DNA of 61,721 nucleotides, filler included, from Catajapyx aquilonaris (lineage: Eukaryota): the NCBI GenBank assembly GCA_000934665.2. It is 2 parts of 2 records of this genome, joined end to end, with 100 filler letters (N's around TTAATTAATTAA, not from the genome) between each part and the next. Parts side by side here need not be neighbours in the genome. Positions count along the whole stretch, not along the records: positions 1 to 31,130 come from JYFJ02004633.1; 1 more part is not named here. One strand, written 5' to 3'. Below the pieces are notes generated by a model. The model worked only from the letters and a program-made list of their open reading frames with translations. It did not search any database and was not told where the DNA came from. Shown here piece by piece: positions 1 to 13,504 of the stretch (its first letter is position 1; each line of letters begins with the position of its first letter). A program made the translations under genes and the position numbers.

Positions 1-1469
1 TACGACCGAGTCAGCGCATGTCTGACAAGTTTGGGCACAGCGATCGCAGCGACATTTTTCGGGGCGAGCGAACGGAACGCCTGTGTGACAGACCCATTAG
101 TGTGAGGCGGCCGGGTGCACTGGGCCTCGGAGAGTTACGGAGACCGAGGAGGACCTGCGCGGGAGCGGACCAATTCGCGCCGCAGGCGCGCGAGTGGGGC
201 GGAGCCCCATGGAGGGTGTGGGGGGGCGAAGCCGCCGCCCCCCCCCCCGCCTCGCAAAGCGAGTCAATTTCTATTTCAGCTCTTCATGTTTACCACTGAT
301 AAGCTCTACTTCCCCAATATCCACTGGATACAAAAAAAATATTAATTTTACAATTTTTCACAACATGTACTTGCAAGTTCGCATGATGATTTTATAACAA
401 AACCAATTTCAACAGAAATTGATTCTCTAATCGGAATAAAGTTTGCGTTCGGAATAGCACAATAGTGATAGTTAACTAGTTCCAGACACGAATTTCCCAG
501 AGAGGTACCAAAAGAAACATTTTGGAACAAGATGAGCAGGAGTTCGATTTCCCATAAGCTGACCATTATAGGAGGAATTTATCGCCATTCCATCTCCTTT
601 AATTAAGAACTGAATAGCGTCTACGCAGCTCCGGTTAATAGGCCATCGGAACTGATAGAAGACGTGCTGAAGACCTACCATCAGCAAACCCTTTAAAGTT
701 TCTCTGGCGAATATTATGGAAAAAAAAGGCGTGAGCAAAATCCACACCAATCACTCTGAAAATCCAGACACGCCAGTTTGTCAACCGCGGGTCTCTTCCA
801 TATACCAAAAGATCAATAAGTTGTTGTCCCAAACCATCAGTTTCCGTGTGCCCTGGAGTGGAACAGAAAAATAATCCTATCCATCAGACTATACATCCAT
901 CCCAAGTTTCTCCTTTGACTTGAATCAAACGGCAGCTAACTTCCATGGACTCATATCATGCCTTTTGATGTAAAGAAGCAAAAGTGGCAAAAAAAATAAA
1001 GTCGAGAGCTTCTTTCCCTTTTCGCCAGCTGAGCATCTGCACTGTACAAATTCGGCAAAAAGCTTCTAGTCAAATGCTGTGACGTATAGAGTTGGGACGA
1101 GAAGCTACTGAGAATGTTTGGTGTGCTTCTAACTACGACTGTCGAACTAGTTCACCAAACCCCAGTCAACTGCTGCTATAAATGGGAAAGTTGGGCTATC
1201 AGAAGTTTGGGAGGTGCCCTACGTTATAGTCAGGCTATGTGAGGGGGAAGTGCAGTGGCTCGAATAATATTGTTACTGCGACTTGCAGTGCGCCATTTTG
1301 TATGTAAATTAGTCAGCAAGCAATGACCGAGTCTAGCACAAGAGGGGTCAAGCAGGAACCGGTCAGTGCACCGGAAGTCTAGACATGATAGTAAAGTATA
1401 ATTGGAAAAGTTTGTATGTTTGTATGTACTGGCTACCTATAACCCACTTTAGGACTACTGAAGTACTGA

Positions 1470-1596
1470 TGCCTGGTTGCACCAACAAAATTACCGGTCC
1501 GATAGCTCCTAATGGACAGATAGGTAGACCTTTTAACATGTGCTATCGGTCCGTTAGGAGCTATCGGACCGGTAATTTTGTTGGTGCAACCAGGCA
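1470..1596. mobile_element. PIF/Harbinger-type MITE (palindromic)
   Basis: ~43-bp terminal inverted repeats TGCCTGGTTGCACCAACAAAATTACCGGTCCGATAGCTCCTAA / reverse complement; 3-bp TSD TGA at 1467-1469 and 1597-1599. Confidence 0.8.
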
Positions 1597-4500
1597 TGAA
1601 ACTTGCACTGATTCCGGTAATCGCACTTTTTAAAGTCTAAGTACCAATATGTATTGTGGGCCAAATTTCATAAGAAATGTAATTGAAAGTGTCGCTTGAT
1701 AGACGTAGAACAACTGGCAGTTCCATCTCCCAAGTAACATTTCCTAAGGTGGTCTGCAGTATTGTCCTCGTCCGAAGATCCCCGAAATGGATTCCTCTGT
1801 CCTACTGCAAGCCGACATGATGGCAAACAATGTGCGCCGCCATTAGCGCCATTACTCAGCCAGTCTACCATTGCCTCACTGCAATCAATCTAATGGAAAG
1901 CTGCAGCCGGTCGGCAAAATTACATTAAGCATTTCGTGTACAAGATGGATAATAACAGTGATCCCCTGCATAGTACATGAATAATGACGCAAAGTGGCCG
2001 AACCTAACTCGAACAGCAACTACACTGTTTCTATACAGCCTACATGAAGTATCGTAATTGTTGCATACAAAAAACTACTATATGTGCCCAGTAGATTATA
2101 GGAAACGGTATTGTGAGTGACCCAAAGTTAGCTGAGACTTGTCTGGTTCCGATTTCTGACACGCTACAGATAAACTCGGGTCCTAAAGTTTCCTTGAATG
2201 GGTATACTCGGATCTCTGGATGTAATTGCGACCACAAACATTTTACTGCCGACTGCGATATGGATGTAGGCCATGGCGTGCCAATCCGCCGTATATGTAG
2301 ACTCAAAATGAAAGATTTTATATCCGAACATTGTTGGAAACATGGCTGGAGGCATTGCAGCGTGGGCGTAGGCCTAGGTGAGCGGTAATGGCCACCCCAG
2401 GCCTGATGGCATTGTCTTTCTGTGTAACCCCCCCTGACGGAGAAATGTACAGAATACATCTCTGGGCAGATCGGGGAACTACAATTACTCGTACATCCAC
2501 TCTGCTCTGCATTGCCCTTAGCGACAGTGTTTCTGAGCTTCTGAAACCGTCTAGACACGCTGCACTGTGTAGCCTACCGAAAAGGATCAAAATCAGCAGG
2601 GAATTATTCATGGATTCGCTGAAAATCCTCGATATGGGTTGTGACTATTTTATGTCGATGCGATACATGCAAGCGATAGTGAGTTTATAGAGCAAAAAAG
2701 GCTAGCTGACTCGGTCGTCGCGGCGTTTTTGAGATTATTACAGTATATGTTCACCGGATCTGGTAGTAACTTTTTCTGACCGTCTGACCTTATGGCTGAT
2801 AGAAACTTCCGTTTCAGAAGAGTGTACAATATAACCCACCGTTAACCTTTTTGGAGTCAAAATGTTGCAAATATTGAACAAGATCACACTAAAGATACCG
2901 TACACTTGTTTCATTATGTTTATGTACTTGCCTTGTCGCATTATCGTTACGTTTGGGGGGATAAATAATTTTGTGACAAGACCTCTCATTTATACAACAC
3001 TTTCTCATGTTTAATTACGGTCTCTTGTGCGAGAGGCGGAACGTCGCATTAGGGAAACCTCCACTTTTGACCTGAGAGGTATGTACCAGAAAGAAACCTC
3101 GACAAACTCGGCAGTAGAGTCCACTTTCTTTCGTGCATTTTAGGCACAGAAAATTACAGTAATTGTGAACAGGATCTACATATAAAAAAATCTACTTTGC
3201 ACCTTTAAGAGGAACATAAAAAATGTCAAAACTGCGTGACGTCAAAAATCACAGCTTTTTAGCATATGAGCGAGTTTGTTTACCAGTCATCATTGCAAAA
3301 CCGGGAGTTAAACAAATTAATTATCTCTAGCATGTTGCGGTTCTAACTTAGCACAACGCCACAATACACGAATCAAATTACAGCGCAAGTTGAAATTCAA
3401 ACAGTAAGGCACATGCTTGTGTACATTTCATTTTAAAAACATCAGAATAAAATATTCAGAAGATTCAAAATTAAATATTAATCAACGACACAATACAGCT
3501 CGTATATTCAACTTTTTCATAGCAAATTGCTCTTTTCCTAATTTACGGTTTAGTAATGTTGTTCTAGCCTTTGTGCTCTCGTGTTCTTGGGACCCTGGTA
3601 GGACATGGAGACGTGACAGACCGCACGTTTCAAGCGTGCATATTAATCATATAGTTTATCCGTACCCTAAGAAAGTTAAATCTTGCCCAGGTTTGACATG
3701 CCATGTTACGTGTACAAAACGCCTGATATTTTTTTGTGTGTACAAAACTTGCGATGTGACCAGAATCCAGCGCAATACTTTTTAACAACCCTTTTCAGAT
3801 TCACAAACTTGGTAACCACACACGTGCAAGTAACACAAGACGTGGCCTGAATGATAATTGCATCCTAGTTGACGGTACGCTCACTCTAATTAACGCAGAA
3901 CTACAACGAAACCGACATTGTTTCGCTGGAGAAAGCACGGAGGGTAAAATCTATCTGGAACAATCCAGAACATCTACAGGTAAGTTACAGTAGGCTACTT
4001 CAAAGTTGAAGTTGTTCACAGCATGGTAATTCTAAGAGAAACGTGAAGAATTCTAACAGAACTAAGTTGCTGACAGCTATGGTTGCCATTTGTTTCGTCA
4101 ACTATTAGTGGATATAATTGAGCCAATTTGGACGACGCACTGGCTGGTTAGGCTACAATAGGCCACCTGGACAAAAACCAGCGGAAGAGAACGTCCTCGT
4201 TCTGCGGGTAAGCCCCCATCAAACCTAGTGGACACTCTTGACAAAACAAAAACAGTCGGTATTTTTTAAGGGCTACATGTAGAAAAAGGGCCGGCATGCG
4301 TTTCGTTCCGATCCTTGCCATGAAGGGCATGGTCACCGCTCACTTGGAACACTAGGTCATTCCCCGACTCACTTTAAAGAGCTTCCTCGAGCAGGTCTCG
4401 CGTCTTTTCGGACAAGTGTGGTAGGAGCTGCCGGGCCCTGCTTGGTTCTTCCATTGGCAAGGTGATTGCCTGCTTTGTGCAAGTGTGATCTGTACGGTGT

Positions 4501-4676
4501 AGTGTGTGATACCTGAGCACTTCTGTAGTTCAGTTGGCAGAACACACACCTGTGTGGACCTGGGTTCGATTCCCAGCAGAAGCGCAGGGATTGGAATATT
4601 GGGGGATGGTGCAGATGAGGGTGGTGGTAGGCATCTCTCTTCCTGATATGGGCTGCTCATCTTTTCAGTGGAAGTG

Positions 4677-7600
4677 ATGGTGTGGAAGGTGGTGCGACCG
4701 TTCATCTTCATTTTTATTGTGGCTTGTGCTGAAGCCAGGCGTGGTGGTACTACTGGTAAGTGGTCTCCCTGCACTATTTCTGGCTGTGGTGTTGAGTAGC
4801 TGTCCCATCCATTGCAGGCTGGTGGGAAGACACACGATCAACCAGTGAATGTCACGCAGCAATGCAAGCTGTCCAGTCCAGAATCAAGGAAGCGATGTGG
4901 GAGCTGCCTCTGAAAGGACTTGAGGTGGAAGAACCACTTGCATCAGCTCCATATAAGGTAGATATCCATACAGTATTTAATTTCTGGCTCTCTAATACCA
5001 TGTTTGTACAGTGCATTTGCTTTGAAGAATAATTCATGACAATGCCCCGGCGCGGCGTTTCGAGTGAATTGTGCAAGGTGGTCTAAGTTGGCCTAAGTGG
5101 CCTGGTTGTATGGAAGCGAAGTATTAAGGAAATTCTCAAATAACATACAGTCACTCACAGTATTGTGCATCATCCCAAATTAATTCGAATAGATAGAACT
5201 TTAACTTCTTGATGTCCTGTAACGGTCGGTACTGTACAGTACAAATATAATAGACTTGTGACTTTCTCTGGCCATCGAGTTGGCAAAATTAGATGATTAA
5301 CGTGATAAACAGGGCGTTTCGTAATGATTCAGACCGTGATTCAGACAAACCTCTACGAAGAGTTTATGGACACCAGGGGATCATTTTAGACAGAGTAGAC
5401 AAAACTTGGTGTACAGGTAGCTCCATTTGTCATCGATAGGTTGTCCATAGAAAAATTCCGGGTCAATATTTGCCAAAGGGTTTTAAGTATGGTAACAAAA
5501 GTTATTTGCCAACCATAATTTATTTCCTGCATGCTCTGACCATATGTATTAATGCACTGTAATGCTGCGAAATTTTGTCATTTTACAAATTAAGAATTTT
5601 TTTGTAATTGCTATAACAGTCGATTTAAAACATTTTCAGGTGTGTTAAAACTTGATATTAGGCATATGTTATAAGCACACTTCCCATACCTTCACAATAT
5701 GGGAATAAAATTACCATCTTCATAATTTTACACTCTTGCAAGTATTAAATCAGTTGATCATGAAACTTGAGTCAAATTACCAGCTCACAATAGTGAATTA
5801 GTTTCAAAATTCAGGAAACAGAAATTATGCAGCGTCGAAAATAGTGTTCCTTATCCCATTTGGCGTCACTTAGTGTCACCGTGTATAAATATAATTACCG
5901 GTATCCTATTCAAGTAAGTTAAGTCTTTAGTAAATTTGATACACATGACTCTTGAATGTCGGCATTGGCTCATTAATTGCCCAGCCGTGGCAATAATGAC
6001 AATTCTAATGGCACAGCTTTCTTAATACATGTACTTGCAAGAAGTGTTATGAATCCTGCGCACAATAATTATGAATATGGAAATTTTATTCCCAAACCAT
6101 ATTCACCCAGTGAGATATTGCAGTCTCCAAGGGTTACTCACTCTCCTACTAACTGCATACTGGCATACCTATGTGCAATTCCCATTGAAAAATGTTGGGA
6201 TTAATGTCTCCTTTGCTGCCATTGCCATTGTCACTTTCTTAATAATGATAACATTGGTGACATAAGTTTGACCTTGAAAAACTTGATTGTATGTAGGCCT
6301 ATACTTGGAATACTTTCACATACTACTGTACTTGTAGTTAAAATACTGTCAGAGTAGAGTGAGTAATTCCTTGGCAGTCTCCTAACATCATACTCTCTCT
6401 CACAGAAGTAACAAATTATTGAAATTGTACCTTTCTTATGGTATCTATTGATGGAAGATCTGGTGAAACATGTCATAACAACTTGATGGCTGGGAACTAT
6501 TTTCAAACCAGGCGTTATCCACGATGTTTGGACATGCCCTGCTTCACCTTACCTGCCAGGATATTTTATGCTTTACATTAGAATGCAGTTATCTCAGTAA
6601 CATGGCTTTAGAAACCAAAATAACACTTTACAAACGCCTGTAAAATGATCTTGCTATGTCCATAAACTCACTATTGAAGTCTGTCTGAACCACTACAAAA
6701 CACCTTTACAATGAGGTAACAATGAGCACAAACCAACCATACAAAAATTATGTATATCTAGGCTACTAGTTCAACTCTCTTGATAAATGATTTTCACATA
6801 ACTTGGTAAAAGTTTACTGCATATTATGCAGGTGCCATTATCTCTGCAATGGAGCCAAATTCCCCAAAATCAATTAGGGTAATTTTTTCTTGGAATATAG
6901 CGAGGAACCTGTGTCTGACTATTATGCAAACCTTTTGCACCACCTTGTATGTGGTTTTGTGAACAGCAAAGTAGGACAAGCCTTTCTATATCATTACCAG
7001 TTAAGACCAATGGAATGAACTGAAAGCAACAAGACACATTCGATTTCAGCACTTTACACAAAAACCAGATTCAATGATATAATTAGGTGTGATGTATTAA
7101 TTCCACTCAACTGGGTGTACTTCAGGTCAAAATTCATAACATCGCTCTACATGGCAACCCTGCATTTGAAGCCAAGGACTGCCGCTACGTTCATGGGGAT
7201 GAACTGGAAATGGATTTTGAATTTCACAACATCCGTATCAAAGGGCTTGTCACCTTGTACGACCATCATCTCAAGGTATGTTTATTGCACAACCCGTTAA
7301 TAGTCATCAAGTACTAAAGCAGTGTCTTTCCTATATCTACAGCCATTCAAAGACCTGGGGGTGACACCACCACCCAAATACTACGGCTTTGTAGCCTCCA
7401 CCATCCAGCAGGCACCTTTAGCCCTCTTCATGTCCCGAGACTATCGCTATTCATCCAAGATGTACGTGTTTCGAGATGCTTATGTAAGACTCAAGGACAC
7501 TGAGGTTGACAGCTTTGATGCAAAGGAGCACAGAAACCTCCCCGACGCATCTCTGGTGGATCGAGAGATTGAAAGCCTCCTCCTGAATGCAGTGCGGCCC

Positions 7601-7693
7601 ATATTAGAACGAGAAATTCGCCAGGTTATTTGGAAAGAAATGAAAGATGCAGTCATTATGCCCATGAAAAGATACGAACTCTCGCAAGGTTGA
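4677..7693 (+). CDS. Secreted ~239-aa protein, takeout/juvenile-hormone-binding (TULIP fold)-like; exons 4677-4755, 4818-4957, 7126-7275, 7343-7693
   Basis: Four exons with GT-AG boundaries and matching phases (1,0,0) join into one ORF: MVWKVVRPFIFIFIVACAEA (signal peptide)-RRGGTTGWWEDTRSTSECHAAMQAVQSRIKEAMWELPLKGLEVEEPLASAPYK-VKIHNIALHGNPAFEAKDCRYVHGDELEMDFEFHNIRIKGLVTLYD...LLLNAVRPILEREIRQVIWKEMKDAVIMPMKRYELSQG*. The family call is inferred from size and helix-strands-long helix pattern. Confidence 0.72.
5311..6706. mobile_element. Degenerate Tc1/mariner-like element in intron 2 of the secreted-protein gene
   Basis: CAGGGCGTTTCGTAATGATTCAGAC at ~5311 is an imperfect inverted match to GTCTGAACCACTACAAAACACCTT at ~6683-6706. 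Length ~1.4 kb; no intact transposase. Confidence 0.4.
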
Positions 7694-8501
7694 CAAAGTT
7701 TATTTCATTAACAAGTTGGGGAGTACATCACATATATGGCCATCATGATTACTTGCATTGTGATAAATTTTACTCCTCGTTACCACATTTAAAAGCTGCC
7801 ACTAATGCACAAACTAGCACCTGCACTTAATGACGCATTACATATCCAGCCACTGCTGTAAGGCAACTGCACCACTGTGCAGGAAACAGCAACAAAGCTA
7901 GTAGCTGGTGTCACTTCACATGTCTTCATTCCATTAAAAAGCAACCAAGTGGCAAATGTTTGAAGGTAGCATTAAAATTTTTCATCACCATGCAAAATGG
8001 GTGTTTGACTACCTAGCATGGCTTTCGTCATTACTTCCAAACTGTGGAATAAGGAATGCTGCATCCAATACACTGCCAAAAAATGAACAAGGCCAAAATA
8101 CATATTGGTGTCGAAAATAGTAAAATTGCATTCATAAATATCAGTCTTTTCCCTAGGTTCACATTTTGCTGTGAAGAAAGTGGACGGATTAAAGTCATTT
8201 GAACTTATCACTTGTGCTTATAATCCCTCCACCTATGACAAGACTGGATGCCCCAAGATACGGGTAATGTGCAACTTCAACAAGCAACAGAACGTCAACG
8301 TTAAACCTCAGTCTCTATACTATGCTCTGATGCTCAAAAACTATTCAATTAGTTCCAATATGAGAATAGAGTATTCTTGCAATCAGAGTATAGTGCACAG
8401 CTTTCATGAACAAACATATTACTGCTGCTGGCCATTGCAGATATTTCCAAATCTATGATTTCCATCAAGGTCGGCAGAACAGCAGTAATGTGTTGGTAAT
8501 T

Positions 8502-8661
8502 CAGTAAAACCTGCCTAAATCAAAATTGTTCCATAGCACTAAAACTGTCCTTATAAACCAGGTTTCTGCTGTATGGCAGAAATACTTGAAAATCCTTTGC
8601 TGAGACCATCAAAAATTTGTGACTGACTAGTTTCTGCTTTCATTACAGGCAGGTTTCACTG
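8502..8661. mobile_element. pogo/Tigger-like MITE
   Basis: TIRs CAGTAAAACCTGCCT ... AGGCAGGTTTCACTG, followed by TA. Confidence 0.6.
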
Positions 8662-10639
8662 TACTTGCAAATCACAGTCATCAGTTTGTTTTTCAAAAAT
8701 ACCACTTACAGGCCACAGGAAAAACAACACTCGTCCAATTTAGCTTTAAAATATCACATCAAATCACTGGGCACAATTATTTGCATGGAATACAGAATAT
8801 CCATGGTTCAAGAAGGTAGAAATGTTTTTGGCTTAATTTTTGACTTAGTAATCTTCCACGGGTGGCTTAAAATATAAATAGAACAGAGGTACAGTATTTT
8901 AAAAAGACAATAAAATAATCAAACATGTTAATAAAACAGTTCCTGAAAATTTCATAAATATTATATACTATAAAAGTCGCACTTTCTCAATAAATCTGTT
9001 TGCTTTCACAACAGGAAGAATTGTCATGGTTTAAGGGCAAATTTAAAAATATTAGCTTTGTGTTTTGCAACTATTCCGATGAAAATACCCAAACTGAGAT
9101 AGCCAAATGAAATTACACATCCAAGAGTCTTCAATACAGTTGTCCCCTTGGAAGGCAAATTTTTCTATGTCCTGCTATGGAAGTCTGTCTGTGTGGCACG
9201 TGGAGCCACCTCCACATCTTTCAACCACTCTTCAGATGAACATTTTCTAGTCAAAGCTTTCTTTTAAATTTATTTAGAGAACAGAAGAGGTGAAGGCCAC
9301 TGGAGGCAATGGTGTGAGTTTGCAATGACTGTATTGCCACATTAGAAAAATATCTCATCTGTACATAGCCGTAAGGTTGATTTTCTAGGCAAGTCTCTCA
9401 GAAACTCGACCTTACTGCTATTTCAGATGTGAAGTTTTTTGAAATGGCAGAAATGTAAAAAGGGTGTTTCAAGATCTCCGAGCCAAAATATCACTCGAAG
9501 GAAACCATTGTATCAGTGAATTGCACTTTGCTTCTCTCTCCCTAAAAAAATAAATAAAATAATAAATAAATAAATAAATAATACTTTCGCTGGAAAAACA
9601 CCTATCATGAGAAGAGGAGGAAGGAGGTGTGGTGGTGACTCGATGCCTAAGAAAGACCTCCCACGAGAGGGTATTGAAAAAGTTGTCTTACAGTGCAGAA
9701 TGAGCACCAAAATCTCTTCTGAATGCCTCGAAAAATTTTCAAGAATGTTTAGTTTCGTCTGGCTACCTCAGTTTCAGTATTTTCATTAAAGTGAATTTGC
9801 AAAAAATAAGATGACAACACTGATTGATTTTCCCTTATGCTGTGGATGACAATAGGATTGAGCCAGGCAAATAAATATCTCCAAGTAAGCTGTGCTAGAA
9901 AATTCCAGGGCACACAGAGTAAATGGAAAGTGCAAATGGAAATGGCAAGACTCCTCGTGCCCACCAATTTGTATCTGGAATGAAATATTTTATCTACACT
10001 ATGGTGGGTGAGGTCTTCGAAGAACTCACTTTTGCAAGAGTTATTGAAAAATAGTGACAGGCCTCTACCCAAATGAAAATTTTTCCAACCTCATAATCAG
10101 TCAGTTTTTAAAATATTTGTGACAAAAAGTCTGAGGCTTTGCAAAACTTTCCAATCACCCTGTATGCGGTAATTATTGTTATGGCACCTCAAAGAATAGA
10201 AAATGCTGCATATTTCCTGGCTCAATTTTTATACCACTACTACTAAGGCACTTCCAAAAGTCAACCTTGAATCCCATCTTAATAACAGTCATAGATTTGG
10301 ATTGTAACTGGGAATTATGTAGTACTCACGAGGTCAGTGTTACTCTGAGTGTGTAGTTGACAAACTACTATTGGTACACTTGATAAAGCTTTAATTAATT
10401 ATTTGCCACATAATGAACAGAATCGGGTCGAAATGTCTACCACAAGTAAAGTAAAGGAATGAGTCGAGGAGGGCAGAGGAGTCTGAGTTGCCATGCACAG
10501 AAATTACATGCCTTTTCTTGAAATTGGCAGCATTTTATACATTTTACTAGTTTGTTCAGTCAATTCTGTAGATTTTTTGGCATGCTGAATTTAATACTTT
10601 TTCGAGAAAAAAAGTCTTATAGAACAGCTCTGCCTGTCT

Positions 10640-10890
10640 TTGGACAGGTATCAGACAGACAGACAGAGCCATGCTATAAGACCTTTTTTCCCTGTTCGGG
10701 TTCCGGGTTCACTCTATCCGCCCCCTCCCCCTGGTTGCCCCCTCCCCCCACCATCCTCTACCCCTGACCACCCATTCCCCCCCAGACCGTCCCTTTCCCC
10801 CTCCCACCGCCCCTTCCCTCCTCTACCCCTGATACCTGATACCTGTCCACAGACGGACGGACGGACAGACAGAGCAGTGGTATAATACTT
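10640..10890. repeat. Short element with (GACA/GACG)n microsatellites and C-rich core, DINE-1/Helentron-associated-like
   Basis: CAGACAGACAGACAG and CAGACGGACGGACGGACAGACAG tracts flank a poly-C low-complexity core. Family assignment is by resemblance only. Confidence 0.35.
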
Positions 10891-10946
10891 TTTTCGATGG
10901 ATGAAAAAAGTTCTCAAATATGGGTTTGCTAGGATAGATTTTTAAA

Positions 10947-11452
10947 CCCTGGGACGGTGACGTGGGCATTCTTTGTGACCAACACCACTATCTTCGCTAT
11001 AACTTTGAAAATTTACCACATATGAGCTACATCTTTTAGGACATCTTAGTTTGATTCCCTTTGTAATTAATGGCATTTAGTTTAAATATTTAGTGTGAGA
11101 GTGATTTTTAGAGTGATAAGCTCAGGTCCCCCCTCTGTAAAGCTTAGTGATTCATGAAGCCAGCTCTGGTTTTGGGCTTTTGAAAGGAAACCGGTTCGGC
11201 CTCTCAGGTGTCACACGCATATTATGGCCCCAAATACGCATCAGTGCATAATTGATTTTTTAACGATTGTACTATCCGCTCAAAAATTATAAACTAAATG
11301 CCATTCATCACAGAAGGAATCAATCCAAGATTGTTTCAAAGATGAAGTCCACATGTGCTATATTTCCCACGTTATAACAAGAATTGTGACTTGGTCACAA
11401 AAAGTGCCCACGTCACCGGAGGAAGAACTTCTTGCAAGTCACCGTCCTAGGG
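10947..11452. mobile_element. piggyBac-like MITE
   Basis: Termini CCCTGGGACGGTGAC ... GTCACCGTCCTAGGG; TTAA on the right and T(T)AAA on the left; internal inverted repeats (GGCATTTAGTTT / AAACTAAATGCC). Confidence 0.7.
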
Positions 11453-11663
11453 TTAAAGGGGTAGGAGGAGGGAAGGGGAAAAGGTTAAGTCCACTTTTGG
11501 CTGAAAATGAGTTATAGGTGGTTTCAGTTTCAGTCCCAGTGCCGTGATGGACGTTGGGGACAATAGCAGTAAACATGAAAAAGTATACTCCAATCATGCT
11601 CACATGATTTGCCAATCTTGTCTGAAAAAAGAATCAATAATTTTCCACTTCTACAAGTACTTC

Positions 11664-12041
11664 CTACAGAGATATACACTCATGTGCATTGAAAATGTGG
11701 CAATTCAAAAACACTGAGCCACAAAAACCACAAAACATCCAATCCTTATTGCATTGGACGTGTGAAATCAGTTTTACTTCCGTTGTGAAGGCATGGCCAC
11801 ACAAGCTTAGGAAGGGCTTCCCAATGTTGTGAATGCTGCAATGGTCACACACCCAGCAAAGGTGTCCATCGTTTTTCTCCAGTTTGGTAATACCCACGCC
11901 CTTCAACACCTGGTTGCTACGGAACTGCTGAGGGTCTGAGGTCTCAAAGCAATTAATATATGGGAGGGTTGAATCCCGCCAGTCACAACCTCCCATGAAA
12001 GAGCAATTTTCGCCCCACCTGAACAGTCTTCTTCCTCTGAC
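11664..12041 (-). pseudogene. Coding-like segment with Cys/His zinc-finger-like C-terminus (terminal exon or pseudogene relic)
   Basis: Open frame ...CWVCDHCSIHNIGKPFLSLCGHAFTTEVKLISHVQCNKDWMFCGFCGSVFLNCHIFNAHECISL* includes CxxC-x12-H-x-C. I could not join it to intact upstream exons. Confidence 0.4.
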
Positions 12042-12450
12042 CTAGTGTAGCTGCATCATCGCTCAGTTGGAACACCTCATCTCCCCCAACACAGAGATGG
12101 TGCAGCTACACATAACTTTACATAACTCCAGACCTATAAAATTCAAAGCTACATAAGTAGAGGTTAGAGAGTTGCTTGTATTTGTGAACAGGCCTCTATA
12201 GGCAAATAATACGTGGGTTGATTAATAAGTCATTGCGCGTATTTTTAAATTCAAAAACGGTAACACATACAGATATGACCTTTGCTGAGTTTTGAACATC
12301 TGTCGATTACAATTTGATCTGGCTTATAGATGTCGCCAATATCCCACGGGAGGCAGGGAAACAAAAGAGGATCGCGTTCAGGGTGATGGGTTTAAAAAAA
12401 CTGCTTGTGGCGATGGATGACACATGGCTCAGGTCATAGTGCTCTGACTT

Positions 12451-12882
12451 ACCGAAGCAGTGGTAGCGGAGGGGATTTGGTATCCGACTGCTAATCGGGA
12501 GGTCCTGGGTTCGAACCCCGGAGGCCGGCGATCCTGACCTTGGTTTTCTGTGGTTTTCCAAGGTCGCTCCAGGAATAATTTCCGGGATCGTACCGTAATA
12601 TAGGCCACAGCCGCTTCCCTCCTTTCCCTGTCCTGGAGGAGATGCGGGTCAGTCGGGGGTTTCTGACCCGCATCTAGGGGGCCATCTATGGCGAATGGAC
12701 CCCCTGAGGGACTGCACACGACCCCCAACTTGAGACATTGCACATGCACCAGTGTCCCTCCCTCCTATCCCTACCCTGTCTCTGCACCAGCTACTGTACA
12801 ATAATAATAACAAAAATAAAGGTCCGTGTGATATACCCCCAGTTGGGGGTGAAAGCACTACCCCAGTTATTATTATTATTAT
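12451..12882 (+). mobile_element. tRNA-derived SINE, family A (full length)
   Basis: tRNA-like head with GACTGCTAATC anticodon arm and B-box GGTTCGAACCC; (TTA)n tail; 14-bp TSD TAGTGCTCTGACTT at 12437-12450 and 12883-12896. Confidence 0.85.
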
Positions 12883-13062
12883 TAGTGCTCTGACTTGTCC
12901 CACACTCAAAAGCAAGCTCCAGTGTTGTCCATCTCCGAGTGTCTCACAGCTTCCAACAGCTCCAAGCACGTCAGGTTCGGGGCGTCTTAGGGCGATGGTA
13001 CGGTGGGGGTTTGTCATGCCCCCTTTGTTTCCACGCCCCCCTTGCGATATGGGCGACAACTA

Positions 13063-13504
13063 CAGGGCGAAGGGATTGTCTCGTGGACAATCGCCAGGTA
13101 GACTGATAGTCCTCGTAAAACTAATATAGGGATGAGCAATTAGTTTTGGGATCCATTGCATAGTTAATGCGTATGGCCCCATCAAAGTTTCGTGACGTCA
13201 CGTCCGTTCTGCCAGCTTCTAGGAAGCAAGTCAGTTCGAGGGCCTCCGGTCCCTCGCCTTGGTCCCTTAACACATCGTCCATGTGCAAAAAGCGATCAAA
13301 TTCACTCAGAGTAAGAATCCTGGTACGACACCCATGCACTGTGTCGTTTTTGCCTCATATTCCACCATCCGGGCCTCTACACTTTAAGACCGCCGTACAC
13401 ATTACCTGCGCAACGGAGCCAAAAACTAATTGCACATCCCTATATTAGTTTTGCGAGTACTATAAGTTTACCTGGCGATTGTCTGGGAGTTTCCCTTCAC
13501 CCTG
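13063..13504. mobile_element. Tc1/mariner-type MITE
   Basis: TA|CAGGGCGAAGGGA ... TCCCTTCACCCTG|TA with ~100-bp imperfect TIRs; a second copy lies at 19068-20477. Confidence 0.85.

Noticed and set aside
1..275. GC-rich segment resembling a Helitron or other transposon end
   Set aside because: Truncated by the window edge; no second terminus or TSD to confirm it.
3560..3979. Exon-like segments with good splice sites upstream of the secreted-protein gene
   Set aside because: No consistent reading frame; may be 5' UTR exons but cannot be supported as CDS.
12455..12530. Possible tRNA-Ser gene (also 18615, 22406)
   Set aside because: No proper acceptor stem or long variable arm; followed by a SINE body, tail and TSD.
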